From positions 237 to 64,236 of the forward strand of contig CAKZVT010000031.1 in assembly GCA_937922435.1 (NCBI GenBank): a stretch of DNA of 64,000 nt, read 5' to 3'. The notes under the pieces are model-generated. The model was given only the letters and a program-made list of their open reading frames with translations, ran no database searches and had not been told where the DNA came from. Position numbers and translations under genes: made by a program. Below are positions 59,637 through 64,000 of this stretch, one piece after another. The DNA comes from an uncultured Prevotella sp. GTDB taxonomy: Bacteria; Bacteroidota; Bacteroidia; Bacteroidales; Bacteroidaceae. Within the stretch, counting starts at the first letter, position 1. Each line of letters begins with the position of its first letter.

Positions 59637-61997
59637 ATGAACAAGATTATCCGAAAAGAGCAGTTTTCCGAGAAGGTCTTTCTTTTTGAGGTCGAGGCTC
59701 CTCTGATTGCAAGAAGCCGTAAGGCCGGCAATTTCGTCATTGTCAGGATTGGCGACAAGGGCGAACGCATGCCTTTGACGATAGCCGACGCCGACCCGGA
59801 GAAGGGCACTATTACCATAGTCGTACAGGAAGTAGGCTTGTCTTCCACCAAACTGTGCCTTCTGAATGAAGGCGATTACATAACCGATGTTGTCGGTCCG
59901 CTGGGAAATCCTACAAAAATAGAGAAGTACGGCACGGTAATCTGCGCCGGCGGTGGAGTGGGGGTAGCCCCGATGCTGCCGATAGTCAAGGCGTTGAAGG
60001 CCGCAGGCAACCGCGTGCTTTCTGTCATTGCAGGGCGCAATAAAGACCTTGTAATACTGGAGGACGAGGTGCGTGCCAGCAGTGACGAGCTTATAATAAT
60101 GACCGATGACGGCTCTTACGGCGAAAAGGGAGTGGTTACTGTAGGTGTGGAAAAGCTCATCAAGCAGGAACATATAGACAAGGTGTTTGCCATCGGGCCT
60201 CCTATAATGATGAAGTTCTGCTGCTTGCTCACGCAGAAATACAATATCCCGACCGACGTTTCGCTCAATACAATCATGGTTGACGGCACCGGTATGTGCG
60301 GTGCTTGCCGCCTTACCATTGGCGGAAAGACCAAGTTCGTGTGCATAGACGGCCCCGAGTTTGACGGTGCTCTTGTCGATTGGGACGAGATGTTTAAGCG
60401 CATGGGCACGTTCAAGCGTGCAGAACAGGAGGAGATGGAGCACTTTGAGGAGCATCTTGGTTCTGTTGACGCAGGCAATGCCAGTGAAAACCATGACGTT
60501 TTGAAGGACGGCGAGGCTATGGACGTTGCTCCGACTGACGAGCCTTTGAGCGTGTTGACCGACCGTAATGCCGAATGGCGCAAGGCTTTGCGCGCGTCGA
60601 TGAAGCCTAAGGAGCGCACTGCGATAGAGCGGGTCGTAATGCCCGAGCTTGAATCTTCGTACAGAATAACCACACGTTATGAGGAAGTAAACAAGGGACT
60701 TACCAAGGAGATGGCTCTCGTCGAGGCGAAGAGATGCCTTGATTGCGCAAAGCCTACGTGCGTTGAAGGATGTCCCGTTAACATTGATATTCCGTCATTC
60801 ATCAAGAACATAGAGCGCGGACAGTTCCTTGCCGCAGCCAAAGTGCTGAAGAATACGTCGGCCCTGCCTGCCGTTTGCGGCCGTGTATGTCCGCAGGAGA
60901 AGCAGTGCGAAAGCCGTTGCATACACCTGAAGATGAACGAGCCAGCCGTCGCAATCGGCTATCTTGAACGCTTTGCGGCTGATTATGAGCGTGAGAGCGG
61001 AAACATGTCTGTGCCCGAACTCGCGCCGTCAAACGGCATAAAGGTGGCTGTTGTCGGTTCTGGTCCTGCCGGGTTGAGTTTCGCCGGCGACATGGCAAAG
61101 CGTGGTTACGATGTCTATGTGTTTGAGGCGTTGCATGAAATCGGCGGCGTATTGAAGTACGGAATACCCGAATTCCGTCTGCCTAACAAGATTGTCGATG
61201 TAGAGATTGACAACCTCCGCAAGATGGGTGTGCATTTCCAGACTGACTGCATCGTGGGCAAGACCATCAGCATAGACCAGCTTGAGCAGAGCGGATTCAA
61301 GGGAATTTTTGTAGGTTCGGGTGCAGGTCTGCCCAACTTCATGAACATTCCTGGCGAGAATTTGATAAACGTTATGTCGTCAAACGAGTATCTTACCCGT
61401 GTAAACCTTATGGATGCAGCCAATCCGTTGACCGATACGCCGCTCAACATAGGCAAGAAGGTGCTTGTGGTAGGCGGTGGCAATACGGCGATGGACTCAT
61501 GCCGCACGGCAAAACGCCTTGGTGCCGACGTAACAATCGTGTACCGCCGTTCGGAAGCTGAAATGCCGGCGCGTATCGAAGAGGTGAAGCATGCCAAGGA
61601 GGAAGGCATTAACTTCATGTGCCTGCACAATCCTATAGAATACATTGCCGACGAGAACGGCGCCGTAAAGCAGGCCGTGTTGCAGGTTATGACGCTCGGA
61701 GAGCCTGACGCGTCAGGACGTAGGAGTCCTGTGCCGGTTGAGGGAAAGACCGTTACGGTGGATGCCGACCAGGTGATAGTCGCCATCGGCGTGTCGCCAA
61801 ATCCGCTTGTTCCGAAGTCTGTAAAGGATTTGGTACTCGGACGTAAGAACACTATTGTGGTGAATGAAGAAATGCAAAGCTCACGCCCGGAAATCTATGC
61901 CGGCGGCGACATCGTGCGCGGCGGTGCTACGGTCATTCTCGCTATGGGCGACGGCAGGCATGCTGCTGCAAGCATGGATAAACAACTGAAAGGCTGA
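59637..61997 (+). CDS. fused NfnA-like (PyrK/ferredoxin-NADP reductase-like) and NfnB/GltD-like (NADPH-dependent glutamate synthase small-subunit-like) oxidoreductase
   Basis: ORF 59580..61997, trimmed to ATG 59637. The N-terminal half has a PyrK-like FAD/NAD domain with a C-terminal Cys cluster (GTGMCGACR...FVCIDGP). The C-terminal half has two 4Fe-4S motifs (CLDCAKPTCVEGCP, CGRVCPQEKQCESRC) and dinucleotide folds (VAVVGSGPAGLS, VLVVGGGNTAMD). Confidence 0.85.
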   Translation: MNKIIRKEQFSEKVFLFEVEAPLIARSRKAGNFVIVRIGDKGERMPLTIADADPEKGTITIVVQEVGLSSTKLCLLNEGDYITDVVGPLGNPTKIEKYGTVICAGGGVGVAPMLPIVKALKAAGNRVLSVIAGRNKDLVILEDEVRASSDELIIMTDDGSYGEKGVVTVGVEKLIKQEHIDKVFAIGPPIMMKFCCLLTQKYNIPTDVSLNTIMVDGTGMCGACRLTIGGKTKFVCIDGPEFDGALVDWDEMFKRMGTFKRAEQEEMEHFEEHLGSVDAGNASENHDVLKDGEAMDVAPTDEPLSVLTDRNAEWRKALRASMKPKERTAIERVVMPELESSYRITTRYEEVNKGLTKEMALVEAKRCLDCAKPTCVEGCPVNIDIPSFIKNIERGQFLAAAKVLKNTSALPAVCGRVCPQEKQCESRCIHLKMNEPAVAIGYLERFAADYERESGNMSVPELAPSNGIKVAVVGSGPAGLSFAGDMAKRGYDVYVFEALHEIGGVLKYGIPEFRLPNKIVDVEIDNLRKMGVHFQTDCIVGKTISIDQLEQSGFKGIFVGSGAGLPNFMNIPGENLINVMSSNEYLTRVNLMDAANPLTDTPLNIGKKVLVVGGGNTAMDSCRTAKRLGADVTIVYRRSEAEMPARIEEVKHAKEEGINFMCLHNPIEYIADENGAVKQAVLQVMTLGEPDASGRRSPVPVEGKTVTVDADQVIVAIGVSPNPLVPKSVKDLVLGRKNTIVVNEEMQSSRPEIYAGGDIVRGGATVILAMGDGRHAAASMDKQLKG

Positions 61998-62005
61998 ATC
62001 TTGAA

Positions 62006-62374
62006 ATGAACGGACTATATACCATCGTATTGCTCATACTAAGCAACGTCTTCATGACGCTTGCCTGGTATGGGCATTTGAAGTTACAGACATCCGGCGC
62101 GTCGGCAAAATGGCCGCTGATAGGTGTCATTGCATTTTCTTGGGGTATCGCGTTTTTCGAGTATTGCTGCCAGGTTCCGGCCAACCGTATAGGCTTTCAA
62201 GGCAACGGCGGCCCGTTCTCGCTTATCCAGCTGAAGGTCATCCAGGAGTGCATCAGCCTTGGAGTGTTCGCCGTTATAGCTAACATTCTTTTCCAAGGGC
62301 AGAACCTTCATTGGAATCATGTCCTTGCTTTCCTGTTGATTATCTGCGCCGTATATCTGGTTTTTATGAAATAA
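62006..62374 (+). CDS. small DMT-superfamily membrane protein (DUF486-like)
   Basis: 122 aa with four hydrophobic helices and an N-terminal ILSNVFMTLAWYGHLK. Confidence 0.7.
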   Translation: MNGLYTIVLLILSNVFMTLAWYGHLKLQTSGASAKWPLIGVIAFSWGIAFFEYCCQVPANRIGFQGNGGPFSLIQLKVIQECISLGVFAVIANILFQGQNLHWNHVLAFLLIICAVYLVFMK

Positions 62375-62406
62375 CGGTGCCGTATTGAGGTGCAAGACAA
62401 TCCCCA

Positions 62407-63141
62407 ATGCCGATATTAAGCATAGAACAGAAACTTGAAAAGAAAATCGTAAGTCGCTTCAACAAAGCGATTTACGATTATCATTTAATTGAAGACGGAG
62501 ACCATTTGCTCGTTGGCTTGTCCGGCGGAAAGGACTCTTTGTGTCTGCTTGAACTTTTGGCGGAGAGGCAAAAAATCAAGCGGCCTGATTTTACCGTCGA
62601 GGCTTTGCACATAAGGATGGAGAACATCAAGTATGAGTCTGACGCGTCTTATCTTAGTGATTTTTGTGCAAGCCGTGGCGTAAGGCTTCATCTTGTTACT
62701 ACCAGTTTCGATTCTTCAACCGACAACCGCAAGTCTCCCTGTTTCCTTTGTTCATGGAACAGGCGCAAGCAAATGTTCCTGAAGGCGCAGGAGCTTGGCT
62801 GCAACAAAATCGCCTTGGGGCATCACATGGACGACATCATACACACGGCGATGATGAACCTCTTTTTCCAAGGCGGCTTCTCTACCATGCCTGTGCGCCT
62901 GAAGATGCGTAAGATGCCGCTAACCATAATACGCCCCCTTTGCCTTGAAGATGAGTGCGATTTGCGTCAGTATGCCGTTAATAAGGGGTATCGTAAGCAG
63001 GTGAAGCTCTGCCCGTATGAGACCGACTCCCATCGTGCCGACATGAAGGAGCTTTTTGCCAGGGTCGAGGCTATGAACGGCGAGGCGCGCTATTCTGTTT
63101 GGAATGCGCTTGACAAGGCCGGGAAGCTCGTCGAGGAATGA
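62407..63141 (+). CDS. ttcA: PP-loop ATPase, tRNA 2-thiocytidine biosynthesis TtcA family
   Basis: 244 aa with the PP-loop LVGLSGGKDSLCL, a CFLCSWNRR Cys motif, and HHMDD. Confidence 0.7.
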   Translation: MPILSIEQKLEKKIVSRFNKAIYDYHLIEDGDHLLVGLSGGKDSLCLLELLAERQKIKRPDFTVEALHIRMENIKYESDASYLSDFCASRGVRLHLVTTSFDSSTDNRKSPCFLCSWNRRKQMFLKAQELGCNKIALGHHMDDIIHTAMMNLFFQGGFSTMPVRLKMRKMPLTIIRPLCLEDECDLRQYAVNKGYRKQVKLCPYETDSHRADMKELFARVEAMNGEARYSVWNALDKAGKLVEE

Positions 63142-63168
63142 AGGCTTAACGCCTTGATACACAATGTG

Positions 63169-63250
63169 TTGCAAAAGGCCGTCTTTTAGCTTGCAAAAGG
63201 TGGCCTTTCAGCGCATGAAACACGGCCTTTTGCAAGACGAAAGGCCATCA
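63169..63250 (-). repeat. 22-bp tandem mini-palindrome array (copy 7, opposite orientation by flank)
   Basis: Units: ttgcaaaaggccgtcttttagc / ttgcaaaaggtggcctttcagcgca / tgaaacacggccttttgcaagac / gaaaggccatc. The flanking 14-mer ttgggttcatccgc is the reverse complement of gcggatgaacccaa at 45072. Confidence 0.8.
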
Positions 63251-63412
63251 GTTGGGTTCATCCGCAATTCTGTCGGATGAAGTAAAAGCTTTATTAATGA
63301 AAGCATTTGTTCTGCCGGATTTGCAATCCGGCGGTTTCTAATAGCGGATTTGCAATCCGCACATGCCCATACATTTATATCGCGGCATTGTGATTTGAGC
63401 GGATTGAAATCC

Positions 63413-63660
63413 TTATATTCGTGAGTCCGGTATAACAGCTATTTCTCTACAATTTGCGAGCACCGTGATTGTAATATTGCTTCAAGCGGCGTTTGCATTT
63501 TGTCATTCCGCGCTCCGACGCGGAATCCAGTACACAAACAAGGCAAAAACAAGGCCGTTTACACTGGATTCCGCGTCGGAGCGCGGAATGACAAAATGCA
63601 ACTGACCGCTTGGATAATGATTATAGCGGTAATAGTTTTATGCCGAACTGACGTTATATT
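63413..63660. repeat. long nested palindrome (MITE-like non-coding element)
   Basis: Perfect 37-bp arms: gcattttgtcattccgcgctccgacgcggaatccagt (63495-63531) and its reverse complement (63563-63599), around a 31-nt centre. Each arm contains its own palindrome, attccgcg-ctccga-cgcggaat. Weaker, gapped complementarity continues outward, for example aagcgg 63485 / ccgctt 63607 and gagtccggtataacagctatt / aatagttttatgccgaactg. Confidence 0.85.
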
Positions 63661-64000
63661 ACTTTTCGGCGGAATTATTTTTTTGTTTGTCAGTCATTGC
63701 TTTGACGACAGAGTCATGCCGTCAAAAACCGTCCTTGCCTGTCGGAAACATTGCGTTTCACGTCCTATAGTGAAGAAAAAACGGCATTTTGGGCATTTAT
63801 TTTCTGAAAAACCTGTATATTTGTAACCGACAATATTATATTAATGAATAATCCGACACAGGCATGAAAGTGTTACAGGCGAACAAACCGGCAATAAATT
63901 CCACCGTCAACGTTGGAATTTATTACGGCATTACGCGCGTTTTTCATGCCAAAAACATCGCGGAATATTTGCGTATGTGTGATTTTTGTATAACACACAC

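Noticed and set aside
59628-61852. 288- and 245-codon minus-strand ORFs (59628-60494, 61115-61852)
   Set aside because: Both are antisense to the Nfn-like gene and have low-complexity translations.
63399-63412. tRNA-like T-arm (ggattgaaatcc), and a general tRNA/rRNA search in long intergenic regions
   Set aside because: No acceptor, D or anticodon arms surround it. It is a degenerate copy of the neighbouring GGATTTGCAATCC palindrome. No GGTTCGAATCC-type T-loops in a cloverleaf context were seen anywhere in the window.
63500-63826. 108-codon ORF at the right edge
   Set aside because: It starts inside the left arm of the 37-bp perfect inverted repeat and reads through the palindrome. It has no promoter box or protein-like features.

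Overview
This 64-kb window looks like an ordinary chromosomal segment of a Bacteroidota (Bacteroidales-type) genome. The phylum call rests on three observations. Many genes are preceded by the Bacteroides-type -7 promoter box TAnnTTTG. The ATP synthase genes follow the Bacteroides order atpD-atpC-(small membrane ORF)-atpB-E-F-H-A-G. Many exported proteins have Bacteroidetes-style signal or lipoprotein peptides. I call 56 protein-coding genes, almost all housekeeping. They cover F1Fo ATP synthase, ATP- and PPi-dependent phosphofructokinases, mnmA, fmt, glmS, rny, zapA, prfC, prmA, rplU-rpmA and serS. They also include a fused NfnAB-like oxidoreductase, rfbA/rfbD, a Wzc-like tyrosine kinase, and an ECF sigma/anti-sigma module. 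I found no rRNA, tRNA, CRISPR array, transposase, integrase or recognisable defence system. I cannot support the claim that a new multi-gene system is present here. What stands out is mostly non-coding. (1) A dispersed family of 22-bp tandem mini-palindrome arrays occurs at seven intergenic sites. (2) Two collinear, roughly 380-bp non-coding paralogous modules sit in divergent promoter regions. (3) A long nested palindrome (MITE-like) lies near the right edge. (4) A class of long intergenic hairpins has arms built from reiterated short words. The most unusual coding feature is a two-gene cassette: an exported Trp/Tyr-rich, RGG-tailed low-complexity protein followed by a FadL/PorV-like outer-membrane barrel. 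All product calls come from reading the supplied translations by eye, with no database search. Several start codons were moved inward from the ORF track, which also accepts TTG/GTG starts.
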